From: Narcine bancroftii
Lineage: Eukaryota
DNA length: 64,000 nucleotides
Reading direction: 5' to 3'
Assembly (NCBI RefSeq): GCF_036971445.1
Contig: NC_091480.1
Location: forward strand, 34,100,001-34,164,000
The notes below the pieces were generated by a model. That model did not search any database, was not told the origin of the DNA, and was given only the letters and a program-made list of their open reading frames with translations. Within the stretch, counting starts at the first letter, position 1. Each line of letters begins with the position of its first letter. A program made the position numbers and the translations under genes. Positions 52,120 through 64,000 of the stretch are shown here, in pieces.

Positions 52120-53700
52120 TTTATTCCTGGAATAGTGGAGCAATTTCTTTGCTTTTTGATGCGTTAAGAATGAAGTTCAGCTCAGTTCATGTCCACAGTC
52201 AGAAAGACACATTTGATCAGCAACAGAATACTTGTTTTACTGATCCTTGGAAGAGTACATTCTGGAACCTAAAAGATAAATAATCAGCTAATAGCAATAT
52301 ATAATAGAATAATTCAACATCTGTTTAGCACAGTTATAAAGCTATGATTGTTTGTTTCCAATGTTCATATCTATTTTTAGTGTATTTTAAAATGAACATG
52401 CTCATTTTCTTTGAGAAACAGTTAATAGTGTATATGCCAGAAGTATTGTTTAGTTGCTTACCTAAATCCCAAATTTTTTTCATGTGTGAAAATAGACCAT
52501 CAGTTAGAATTTTTCTGTCTTACACTCCCTTAACCTAAATTACTGAGGTCATCAACAATGACCATGTCAGACCAAAGCAACATGGACCAACATTTAAACT
52601 CTTGAGCCCACTGGTATCTATAACTTAACATATTCCCCTTTTAGGCAAACAGAGGGAAGAATGTTAATACAATTGTGGTGTTATTTTAACTATGCAAATA
52701 TTACAGAGCAAATTCAGAAGTCTGAACTTCTGCCTTTCAGAAAATAACTTCATTGCTCAAATTAGTATTTTGCAGAATGTGAGAGAACAAATGTAGGATT
52801 TTGATATGTTGATGGTAATTCATTATACACTTTGTGCCAGAAGATAAAACAATGAAAAATGCTTTCCAAAAAGAAAATGATCCAACAGAATGCAATTGCG
52901 AGTTGAGTGTAAATAGTTTAGTCACAAGGGGCATTAGCAATTGTTTTGTTCTTTGACAAAATATGGCAAACCATGTTCAGATTTCAAGCTTACCTGCCAT
53001 CATGTATTATTTATGCTTGAATACAAGACAAAGTAAGAAATGAAACTGTGCCCTCCAGGCATAAAAGTGCAGAAGAATAACACCTGTTCCTAGGAATATT
53101 CTCACCAAAGTGCCTCACGTTAATGACTCACAACTGTTTCTTTCAGGAAAGCTGCACTGATGGCAATAATTATGGACGACATCATTTAAATAACTTGTTA
53201 AAGTTACATGTCAAATTGAGAAGTAGATGGTGAAAGATGGTTCAAAATCATTAATTAATAAAATCTCCACTATTATGCTTTATCAATGTACAAACTAAAA
53301 TTTAAAATGTCTTGCTAATTCACTTGGTTTAGGATTTAAGTATGCATCAGATGCAATCTGATTCTAAATGGAACAAACTCCAAAACTGCACCATTGTTGA
53401 GTAGGCACCCAGTGAAATGGCATGACATTATGGTCATAAATATCTAAAATATTTTAATTCAATTCCAAATAAGGGCCATAAATTGATGATAGGAATCTAT
53501 TCTCTGCCATGATATTTTATATATTTTGCATTTTCTGCTTTTATTGCTGCTTTGTACCATCATGTCTGACCAGATGTTTTTTTAATGACTTGTAGTTTCA
53601 CAGATGGAGACCTTTTGGCCCATCAAGTCTATACAGACTTTCAAATTAATTCCATCTCCCCCAATTAAACCCATATGCCCAATTAGTTCCTCCCAACCTT

Positions 53701-54540
53701 TTTTTCTTTTCTTTCTTTGGCTTGGCTTCGTGGACGAAGATTTATGGAGGGGCAATGTCCACGTCAGCTGTAGGCTCGTTTGTGGCTGACAAGTCTGATG
53801 CGGGACAGGCAGACACGGTTGCAGCGGTTGCAAGGGAAAATTGGTTGGTTGGGGTTGGGTGTTGGGTTTTTCCTCCTTTGTCTTTTGTCAGTGAGGTGGG
53901 CTCTGCGGTCTTCTTCCAAGGAGGTTGCTGCCCGCCGAACTGTGAGGCACCAAGATGCACGGTTTGAGGCGAGATCAGCCCACTGGCGGTGGTCAATGTG
54001 GCAGGCACCAAGAGATTTCTTTAGGCAGTCCTTGTACCTCTTCTTTGGTGCACCTCTGTCTCAGTGGCCAGTGGAGAGCTCGCCATATAACACGATCTTG
54101 GGAAGGCAATGGTCCTCCATTCTGGAGATGTGACCTACCCAGCGCAGTTGGATCTTCAGCAGCTTGGATTCGATGCTGTCGGCCTCTGCCATCTCAAGTA
54201 CTTCGATGTTAGGGATGAAATCGCACCAATAAATGTTGAGGATGGAGCGGAGACAACGCTGGTGGAAGCGTTCTAGGAGCCGTAGGTGATGCCGGTAGAG
54301 GACCCATGATTCGGAGCCGAACAGGAGTGTGGGTATGACAACGGCTCTGTATACTCCAATCTTTGTGAGGTTTTTCAGTTGGTTGTTTTTCCAGACTCTT
54401 TTGTGTAGTCTTCCAAAGGCGCTATTTGCCTTGGCGAGTCTGTTGTCTATCTTGTTGTCAATCCTTGCATCCGATGAAATGGTGCAGCCGAGATAGGTAA
54501 ACTGATTGACCATTTTGAGTTTTGTGTGCCCGATGGAGAC
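53701..54540 (-). mobile_element. RTE-clade LINE, young 5'-truncated copy
   Basis: VNQFTYLG..I..RLAKANSAFGRL..VW..TK..VY.AVV.PTLLFGSESW..LRWVGH..RM...LPK.VLYGEL; (AAAG)n-like tail. Confidence 0.9.
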
Positions 54541-55816
54541 CTAATCAACCTCACATGTTGATCAACTACACTCTGATTTTCCTACCAGCCAGCACAATAT
54601 TGGGAATATATGGAGGAAGCCCACATGCTCACAGCAAGAAAATGCAAATTCCAGGCAGAAAGCAAACCTGGGTCGCTAGATTCAAAATTCACTTTATTGT
54701 CATTGTAATAAAGCAGTGTTATATTACAAGAAATTGCTTTCTGCCTGCTGTAAGGCAGACGGATTCGCCATCGGCAGAAATTGCCCGGTGTCACTTACAT
54801 TCAGAGAAAGAGAAGCAAAAGGGAACTCCCTCCAGGTGTGTAGATTCACCTCCAGCACTCCCGCAGCCTCTGCAACCATACAGAGTCCAGTCCAATCCAT
54901 TGGCAACTCAAGCTCCAGATCCGAACCTTTGACATGTCAGGAGTCCTTCAGCACCTTCGGCACCCCCTTGCATTCCGGTTCAGATACCTGGTATCTCTTC
55001 AGCCAGTTTCGATCCAGTCTCCAGCAGTCCGTAGCCCGGCTCGAGTCCCCTGACAGCAGTCTCCAGCAGCTCCTAGCCTCTGCGGGTTCCTCACTTTGAG
55101 TCGCCAGCAGCCCAGTGCATGTGTGCGGTCCTTCATGTGCACAACCCCACACTGGCCCACTGCCATGGTCACCATCCCATGGGTCATCTCCTCTGTTTCT
55201 CCTTCTCAGACGGGGGTGGTCTCCACAGTTTCTGGTGCCCTGTGCCAGTCCTCCACTCCCTTGGAGTCTTCAATCCCTCGTGGCTGCTTTAGCAGGTTTA
55301 AAGCCTGTGCGGAGATGAAGGGAGTTGACTGGGCGGTTGGACCCCGCGGGAACTCTGTCTCTCGGCCCCTATCTCCCCACGGGTCTGCACCAGTGGCCAT
55401 TACAGCGGCTCCGGCAGCGCCCCCATTTTTTCTACAAGGCAACAGCTCATGTGACATGAGCTTTACAGGACACTCATTGTGCTAAACACATTCACATATT
55501 TTGTAACTGTTATAGATTTACTGTTATAAAATTAATAAAAACACTGATTGATTTGGTGGTTGATTTTTTTATATATAATGAGAAGTGCGCTTTAGAAATG
55601 GTCTTTCTAATGAATGCTCCACCTAAATTTGTTGCTTTATTAAAAGGAGACATAGAAAAACCAAGGAATTGTCTTCATTCCCTCTAACTGTGAAAAAGCA
55701 ATATAAAAAATCTCCAGTTGGCTAAAATTGCTTAATACCAGATTTTTGAGAGCTGTGCAATTCAATGGGAGATTAAGATAATAAAAGTTCAGAAACATGT
55801 TAAGAGTTTGGAAATT

Positions 55817-56020
55817 TTACAGTGTCTGATGTTATTGGATGTGCCAGTTCCATATCATCGTTTCCAGTTGTCATTTGGTTGTCCGCTGAGCTGAATGTCT
55901 GTTCAAGTAATAGAATGGAATAGCTAGAAAAGGCCATTTGGCTGTGTGTTGTTGCATTGGAAGTCATCCCAGGCCTCATATAGGGAAACAGATGGTGGTT
56001 TGTGGGGTAATTCAACCTAA
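55817..56020 (-). pseudogene. Partial duplicated fragment of the PRR35 coding exon
   Basis: Translates NYPTNHHLFPYMRPGMTSNATTHSQMA..LLLEQTFSSADNQMTTG versus PRR35 NYPMNHNLFSYLSPGITSNGTTPAQMA..LLFEQTFNSAENRVTTG (source ~50945-51240). Hand alignment of an 81-nt core gives 67/81 identity. Confidence 0.85.
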
Positions 56021-56049
56021 GATTATTTTGCAATTCTCCATGAATTCAG

Positions 56050-56580
56050 GGGAGTTCGGAGGTTATGGTAAAGTTGTATAAGCAATGGTGAGGTCATATT
56101 TGGAGTAGTGTGTATAGTTTTTGTCACCTAACTACAGGAAAGATATCAGTAAGATCAAAAGAGTGCAGAGAAGATTGACTAGGATATTGCCAAGACTCCA
56201 GAAACTGAGTTACAGGGAAACGTTAAACAGGTGAGGACTTTATTCCCTGGAGCGTAGAAGAATGAGGGGAGCTTTTTCCACTGAGAATAGGTGAGATACA
56301 AACCAGAGGAAGTGAGTTAAGGATTTTAGCAGAAATGTTTAGGGGGAACATAAGAGAACTTCTTCACCCAGAGAGAGGTGGGAGCATGGAATCAGCTGCC
56401 AGATGAAGTGGTAAATGCAGACTCAATTTTAACATTTGAGAAAAATTTGGGCAGGTACATGGGTGGCAAAGTTATGGAGGGCTATGGACTGGGTGCAGGT
56501 CAGTGAGACTAAACAGAAAAATGGTTCAGCAAAGACTAGAAGGGCCAAAAGGGGTTGTTTCTGTGTTGTAATGTTCTATG
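56050..56580 (+). mobile_element. CR1 LINE 3' fragment
   Basis: Homologous to 1410-1990 with an internal deletion. Confidence 0.85.
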
Positions 56581-59500
56581 GCTAGCCCTGATAATATACA
56601 TAAATGGTAAGACATGACCAATAGCTTATAATGTACACTGGTACTTGAAAAGCAGGTATTGACAGCACTTCTGGAGGTCGTGAACTAGTTTTGTATCTTG
56701 CTCCTCCTTTGTCATGGGATTACAATCCTTAAATTCCTGATTTAACAACACTGTGAGGACACTACCTCGTTAATCAAGAAATTCCACTCCTACCTGCAAC
56801 TCTGTCAACTTAGCAAGGACTGTAATTGTCATCTTGTGAATAAGCCATAAACCATTTTGCAGCATTGATGAAGGTTGTTGTAGGTAACGAGGGAGCCACA
56901 TTTGCAGGACTTTAAGATTAAATTCCAGAGAATATTTAAACTGCAAAGTAGTTTGACATCTTGAGAGCATGCTTAGCCATTAGTCCTTATTTGTTAGTGC
57001 AGAAGTCTGAGAAGATGGCAATTTGTATAGTCGTGGAACTTTCCACGTTTCAGGATAGCTTAGGTCTTCACTCTGTTCACTGGAATGTACTTTGAGGACT
57101 GCACTTTTCAGACCAAAGTATGTAGGACCAAAAATTACCCTCCAATTCTGCATCTTTTTTTCTCCTGTCTTACATCATATTCCTATTTAAAGATAGAAAA
57201 TTATTTAATTTTTTTTACATTTCCAATTGTTATATCCTGCGTGATCCTGATTAGAAGTTAAACAGTTTACAAGCAACTGTTTGTAAAGCTTTTATTACAA
57301 GGTACAGGGAATGATATTCTTTCAACCAACATCTTCTGCCTGCTGAACAAACCTGCCATACCCTTCACCTAGTTGCCAGTGGCCTATTTCAACCACAGCA
57401 CCATAGAAGATATGGAACCATGGCTGGAGAACCTGAAGAAAGAGAAGGCTGAAAGGAATATAAAAATCTTGACGAGGCTTTCTGTGCATGCACGATTTTG
57501 GTGTTAAATTGAGAGAGACAGGCAACCTGAAAATGTTCCTGCTGTCCTTGCCTTGACTGTCACTCCAGTGGAGATGGAGAAGAAGGAAGAGAATGAGTTG
57601 TAGATGCATCCCTTCAATTTTTCCCTAGAGCCCTGTTGGAATAATTGCTATCCACCTTAGGGCAAAATGCAGTGACATGATTCATTCAGCATTAAAGATT
57701 TACCTTCCTCTTTATTTTAGGTAGAATCTGGGACAGTATAGAATCTGCCAAAAGACATTGATAGTTGGGATTATAGGACACATTTTATAACCCTACTGAA
57801 AATCTACCCTGCAATTAAGCTTGTTTTATGATTAACAATTGTCTTGAGCTCTATTCCAATAAAGTTATAATTAATTTTGGTGTTATAATTTGGAAGATCC
57901 ACACCAGCCAACCTATTAACAAGTTAGAAGCCAAAATGCATCATATAGCTTCCCTCAAAAATGTGTTAAAAATCTTCTCCTTCTGTGAGTGTTATCAGGA
58001 AGATTCTCACGATAGCAGAAAGCCTCAGGGCAACATGCCATCATCTTGCTGCAAGATTATCTTTTCAATTCTTTCATTTTAAGAGCATTTCAGTTCCAAA
58101 TTCCTGCTGATTCCATTTCTTTATTTTTGACCACATGCAATTTCTTTCGTCAATTTGTATTTTTAAAACTTAAGATAAAATCTTGCATAATAATGATACC
58201 TTGTGAAAATACTACAAAAAAATGGTGTACGTGCATCCATTGTATAGATAAACATATATGCAGGCTATAACATCTTCATTGCTTACTGTCCATCTTGATT
58301 TTATATCGTTACACATATTCTGTATTATAAATATAAGGTTGGATTTCATTTTTGTAATACGACTTTTAGCACAATTTCTGTAGCTTGCTATGTTTAAACT
58401 GTGATAATTTCTAGTTTTATTTATCTAATGTTCAGGAATGCTTATGCAAATACTGTAAAATAAAATACTTTCTGGCTATTTTCATTATTTTTTCCACTCT
58501 AAAAAATGTCATGCTTCATTGGAGTAAGGTAATAACAAGCTAACTTTAACAGTCAATACAATATTAGAGCAGATGGTTGATTGCAACTACAGTGGAATAA
58601 TGTTTTCTTTATCCCATTTCAATTTGCCATAGCAGGAACTGATTGATTGAGCATTATTGACTAACGGTTTAATGAAAATTTCTGAACTGACTGAGTGTCA
58701 GTACACTGCACATTTATAGAAAATTTGTGATCCTGAAACTTTTGATGAACTGTGGCTGAACCTCTATTCTTACCTTGTTTTTTTTAAGATTCAAGAGCCT
58801 GATCTGAATAGGTAGGAGTTTTGCAGTAGGGTCAAGGAGGGTGGAAAATGAGAGTGTCGTCAAGGCATATTCATTTGTTTGCTGTCGTGAATTGAAGCTA
58901 ACATATTTAATACGTGGTCTATTCGATGACTGTGCATGGCCTTGCATCACATCGGATGTGCAGTTCTGTCATTATACTTTTAAAAAATGCCCATTATCTG
59001 GAGCAATGAAGTTTGCCCATTTAGGGATCTCTGGCCAAAGCTATAGTGCCCTAAACTATAAGGCTTGCAGGCTCCTAAAATAAAACATTAAATGTGTGTG
59101 GTGTCTCCACTCACCACCCCATGCAATGCCTCCCCACCTTTACACTTCTGTTTGCCAGCCCATCCCCATTCAAAGAAGAAATGAGCATTGGAGCTAGCCT
59201 GAAGCAAAGTTTCCTTATATTCTTTTATTTTTAAACAGCCTTCCAGTCACTCCCCACTCTCATGGAAAGCTAAAATTACTTTATATTTTCAAAGGCTTCC
59301 TAATTTGAAAAAAAATGCAGCAGTTTGCATCTAAGGAAAAAGTGTTTGAAAATTTAACCTTTGCTTGCAGGTAGATTTATCAGATGAGCCATGAATCCGG
59401 GAAATCTGTTTTTTGTAATTATAGAGACATAAGGTAAGGCCAGCAGAAAGTGGATGTGAGCCACAACTTGAATTGTTGCAGTTCATTTTAGGATGAATAT

Positions 59501-59707
59501 ACCGGAATTAGCAAAGGAACTTAGGCCCAGTGAAGATGAAGGAATGGTGATATATTTCCAAGTCTGGATGGTGTGCGTCTTTGAAGGGAACCTGTGGGTG
59601 CACCTGCTGCCCTTTCCCTTCTAATTTTTAAATTTAAATTTAGACATACAGCACGGTAACAGGCTATTTCGGCGCACGAGTCCGTGCTGTCAAATTTACA
59701 CCCCATT

Positions 59708-59910
59708 AAAGGTAAAGGTTCCATTATTATCACGTAACACTACATTTAGAATGTAACATACATAAAATTCTTTAACTTTGTCTACCGTAAGGAAGACAGA
59801 GAGTTGCCCCTTTGTCCAGTGCCCCTCACGGAAATGAGGCCTCAGCGAGGAACAAACGCGCGGCCCCTGGTTTACAAGACCAGTGCTCTAACCACTGAGT
59901 TATTGGAGCC
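59708..59910 (-). mobile_element. tRNA-Thr(UGU)-headed SINE nested in another SINE
   Basis: Head 59910-59837 reads GGCTCCAATAACTCAGTGGTTAGAGCACTGGTCTTGTAAACCAGGGGCCGCGCGTTTGTTCCTCGCTGAGGCCT, close to vertebrate tRNA-Thr-TGT but with a mutated B box; ~130-nt body follows, ending in an acctttaccttt tail. Confidence 0.75.
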
Positions 59911-61889
59911 GCAAATCAAATTAACCCACACCCCCCCCAGTCTGTTTTTGAATGCGCGTTCTAGGTGGTAGAAGTCATGGGCTTGTGCTATATGCTATGG
60001 CCGTTTGGTGAAGAGAAAATGAGTCTTCAGGATTTTACCTAAGCCTTTCACCTAATGTGCTACCTCTGTGATGGACATCCTTCAAACTGTTCCTTATTTA
60101 TTTTTATAGTAATTTTCTCTCTGTACAATGATGACCAATGCTCCTTCCTTTCCATGACATACTGTATATTAACTACTGTATTATCTTCTAAACTTAATTT
60201 CCTGAACATATTCAGAATATGGAAAGTTGGTATTAACTTTCTGGAGAGCCATTCAGAAGTCATGGCGTCTGGAGTACTTAAATTCAAATAACTAAAAAAA
60301 AAATTCTGTAACTAAAGAGATATACTGTCACTGGAGCATCAGAAAAACCCATTTAGTTCAAAAGCACTCTTCAGAGAGGAAAATCTCTGGCCTATATGTG
60401 ACCCCTAATAGTATGGGTGTCTCTTAATTGCCTCCTCAGTTCCTGAGAAATGATGGACAATGAACACCTGCATTGCTGTTAAAGTCTGTGTTCACTAAAT
60501 TAAAACGTAACTACAAATTAAACCATGAATTTATATGCTCTATGACCTATTGTTCCTACCATCATCTTCAGAGTTTTGAAAACAATGCTTGATATCGCCT
60601 AACCATCAGCTAACTTGCTTCCTTGATCCTGGTTTCTCAACCAAAGTAATCTTCTATCTTAAAAATATTTGTTTAAATGTTGACTTGCTGTGTTAAATAA
60701 GCTGTAATCACATCCTATACAAGCAGCCAATTTCTCAGATCTAAGCTCCCATTTGTGAATTTATTGAAGCATAATTTACCCCCTCCATAAATCTTCGTCC
60801 GCGAAGCCAAACCAAAGAAAGAGTGATCTGACATTTGTCCTAAAAACTAGGATCACTTTTAATGAAACCATGATACAGGAGAACATAAAAAATAATGGAA
60901 AAATTTTCACTGGAATATCTTGTCACAGGAATTGTCGGGTGGAGTGATATCCTCATCTATGAAGAAGATGCCAATTACTTTACCGTTCATTTCAATGGGA
61001 GCATAAATTCCTTCACGTGCTTAGACCTTCCTGGTATTCCTGGTTTTTCTGCTTGGACATTAGGTTGGCTCTCCGTAAATGCTTATTTTCTCTTTTATGT
61101 CATTCATCTATAACATTTAAGTAAAAGGAAAACAAGACTAAACTGGATCAAATTCTTTATTGATCTCCAGCAAGTACGCAGTACTCTCTCAGGTTTAATC
61201 TCTAAAACCTATTCCACAGATTTTCCAAGGCATCACATCCTTCTTGTATATCCCTGAAAAAGAATTCAGGCACAGTTCCAGGCAGTCATGAAATGTTGAA
61301 ATAAATCTGCTGAAATTGAGATTTTGTTGGCTGTATCAATCGAGGGTAACCTTGCAATATCTGACAGAGAGGTGGGAATTTCATTCTTGTCAATGATGGG
61401 CTGCACAACCTGTCAATTAAAGACAGCAATTATTGCCGTAGGGAAACCAACTAGAGGAGCAGGAGACTAAGGGCCAAGAGAAGGACCCAGAGAGCAGAAG
61501 GCTCGTGGGAATGTTTTTGCTCAACACTTGCGGCTTTATCTCCTCGATGAGTGGAAGAGTCAGGCCTGAGAAATAAGTGAGATGATTTTCATAGGGAGTT
61601 TGCAAAGTAACATCTGCCAGTGCAAACCACGTGACATTACCTACTCTATAATTCTTCAAATTCTGGTGAAATGAACCTATAATCAGCCAGGAGATAAAAT
61701 CTCTTCATATCGTGCCTGAAGACCCATCTGCTCTCAATAAAACAGTTGGATGATGTGAGCTCCTGATCTAATGACTTTACTGGCTTGCTACAACACCTTT
61801 ATACTTCCCGATAATGACACTTTGCTAAAAACCAATGTACAGACCAGTGCAGGTTTGAGCAGTAATGGGCACTTTGACAGAACTCATGA

Positions 61890-62941
61890 GATCCTGGCGG
61901 GATTGTTCCATTGTGGGGGCATTATTGATCCAGTCAGGATTGTTCCATTGTGGGGGCATTGTCGATCCTGTCGGGATTGTTCCATTGTGGGGGCATTATC
62001 AATCCTGTCAGGATTGTTCCATTGTGGGGGCATTGTCGATCCTGGCGGGATTGTTCCATTGTGGGGCCATTGTCGATCCTGTCAGGATTGTTCCATTGTG
62101 GGGGCATTGTCGATCCTGGCGGGATTGTTCCATTGTGGGGCCATTGTCGATCCTGGCGGGATTGTTCCATTGTGAGGGCATTATCGATCCTGCCAGGATT
62201 GTTCCATTGTGGGGGCATTGTCGATCCTGGCAGGATTGTTCCATTGTGAGGGCATTATCGATCCTGTCAGGATTGTTCCATTGTGGGGCCATTGTCGATC
62301 CTGGCGGGATTGTTCCATTGTGGGGCCATTGTCGATCCTGGCGGGATTGTTCCATTGTGGGGCCATTGTCGATCCTGGCGGGATTGTTCCATTGTGAGGG
62401 CATTATCGATCCTGTCAGGATTGTTCCATTGTGGGGGCATTGTCGATCCTGGCGGGATTGTTCCATTGTGGGGCCATTGTCGATCCTGTCGGGATTGTTC
62501 CATTGTGAGGGCATTATCGATCCTGTCAGGATTGTTCCATTATGAGGGCATTGTCGATCCTGTCAGGATTGTTCCATTGTGGGGGCATTGTTGATCCTGG
62601 CGGGATTGTTCCATTGTGAGGGCATTATCGATCCTGGCGGGATTGTTCCATTGTGAGGGCATTATCGATCCTGTCAGGATTGTTCCATTGTGGGGCCATT
62701 GTCGATCCTGGCGGGATTGTTCCATTGTGGGGCCATTGTTGATCTGGTGGGATTGTTCCATTGTGAGGGCATTATCGATCCTGTCAGGATTGTTCCATTG
62801 TGGGGGCATTGTCGATCCTGGCGGGATTGTTCCATTGTGGGGCCATTGTCGATCCTGGCGGGATTGTTCCATTGTGAGGGCATTGTCGATCCTGTCAGGA
62901 TTGTTCCATTGTGGGGGAATTGTCGATCCTGGCGGGATTGT
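61890..62941. repeat. 37-bp minisatellite, ~28 copies
   Basis: Consensus GATCCTG(GCG/TCA)GGATTGTTCCATTGTG(G/A)GG(G/C)CATT(G/A)TC, head-to-tail with no spacers. Confidence 0.97.
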
Positions 62942-64000
62942 CTTTCTTATGGTGGAACATTTTGTCTCTCAGGTAAAAAGTAGGCACTTCCTCCCTATCC
63001 CCTTCTTTCATGTCTGTCAAAAACAAGTGCTCCTGCTGTACAGCTGCCATTGGGAGGAATGTATGTTTATGAACTGATAACATTTTTCTGAAACCCAAAT
63101 GCTCATGTTTTGGGAGATATGTGAAAATGAATGATATCCTGTTGGGATCTGTATTTTGAATAATTTTGTGGTTTTTTTTAATGAGAGATCTGTTTTTCTT
63201 GAAAAGACCCGCTCTCTGATATGTATATTGCATTGTTTTGTGTCAAGGTGAAGAATTTTGTAGATGCTTACTGTTGACCTAATTTGCCTGGTCTATTAAT
63301 TAATTCTATCTTTTCCATTAGCTGTAGTAATACTTCCATGACACCTGACTTCAAATAGTCAGATCAACAGAAGAATTCCTATGCTAACTTCTCCAGAATG
63401 AATTGGAAATTATTTGTCCTTTTGAATGAATATCTGAAGGTAAGGTTTTGAGAGTCATGAGTCATTATGCTTAGTAGCAAGGAGTTCACCTTGAACAGAC
63501 CTTCCACATGACGGCCCGGAAAATATTTCCACTCCAGTTATGTCCTTCTAACTAATCTATTGCTCCGTCCACTCCACAGTTGGGTCCCTTAACTTTGTTC
63601 CGCAATAATGGACCAGGTGTGTCACTCCCAGGCAAAGTTTGGGTAAATCATTTGGAGGGATTGGAAAAAAATAGGATTACATTTGCAAGTGGACCATTTA
63701 AAAAGCTTGCAATAGCTTAATTGCTGGCTGATTTTGGAGGTAGCTAAGAATTGTGTTCTGTCTCCTCCAGCTTTTGTCAGAATGCTTGATGGCAGTAATT
63801 TCTAATCAAAAGGCTCTTTTTAAGAGTCTTCATGATTTCAGCTTCACACTCTAGTGGTTTGCCTCAGGCAAATGGAGGCAGAAGGAAGTAAACTCGACAT
63901 TTTGCAGAAGCTTTTGCTGACACTTCACTGTCTCCCCTCAACGAAGCTGGGAGTTCCTTCAAACAAATACAGCATGACAACTCCTTACAATGTTGGTGTT

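Noticed and set aside
59837-59910. Functional tRNA-Thr gene
   Set aside because: It has an extra base near the acceptor stem, a mutated T-loop/B box, and is continuous with a SINE-like body inside another SINE.
61890-62941. CRISPR array, or repetitive protein ORFs, in the 37-bp repeat
   Set aside because: Units are contiguous with no unique spacers, there are no cas genes, and the context is eukaryotic. The many ORFs are artefacts of a stop-poor unit read in rotating frames.

Overview
This is AT-rich, repeat-dense vertebrate genomic DNA with spliceosomal introns and no prokaryotic features. The repeat repertoire (CR1, Rex1/Babar, Penelope, L1/Tx1, RTE, DeuSINE, tRNA-SINEs) suggests a cartilaginous fish, probably a ray; this is inference, not verified. 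I can support one protein-coding gene: PRR35 (ZNF750 family) on the minus strand, with two coding exons (52119-50510 and 45933-44961) joined by a GT-AG intron into an ~860-aa protein. It has the N-terminal atypical zinc finger and a PLDLS CtBP-type motif. The ~45 kb downstream of it is a gene-free mosaic of retrotransposons and DNA transposons. The most notable observations are: a frame-preserving partial copy of the PRR35 exon ~4 kb upstream; a TIR/TSD-complete Chapaev3 deletion derivative in the PRR35 intron; a ~210-bp-arm palindrome split by 1.3 kb of insertions; a nested, twice-present 1.2-kb hAT element with variable cargo; and a 37-bp minisatellite with an emerging 111-bp higher-order period. 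I see no evidence of a new multi-gene system. Family assignments come from recalled motifs, not database searches, and repeat boundaries are approximate unless TSD/TIR coordinates are given.
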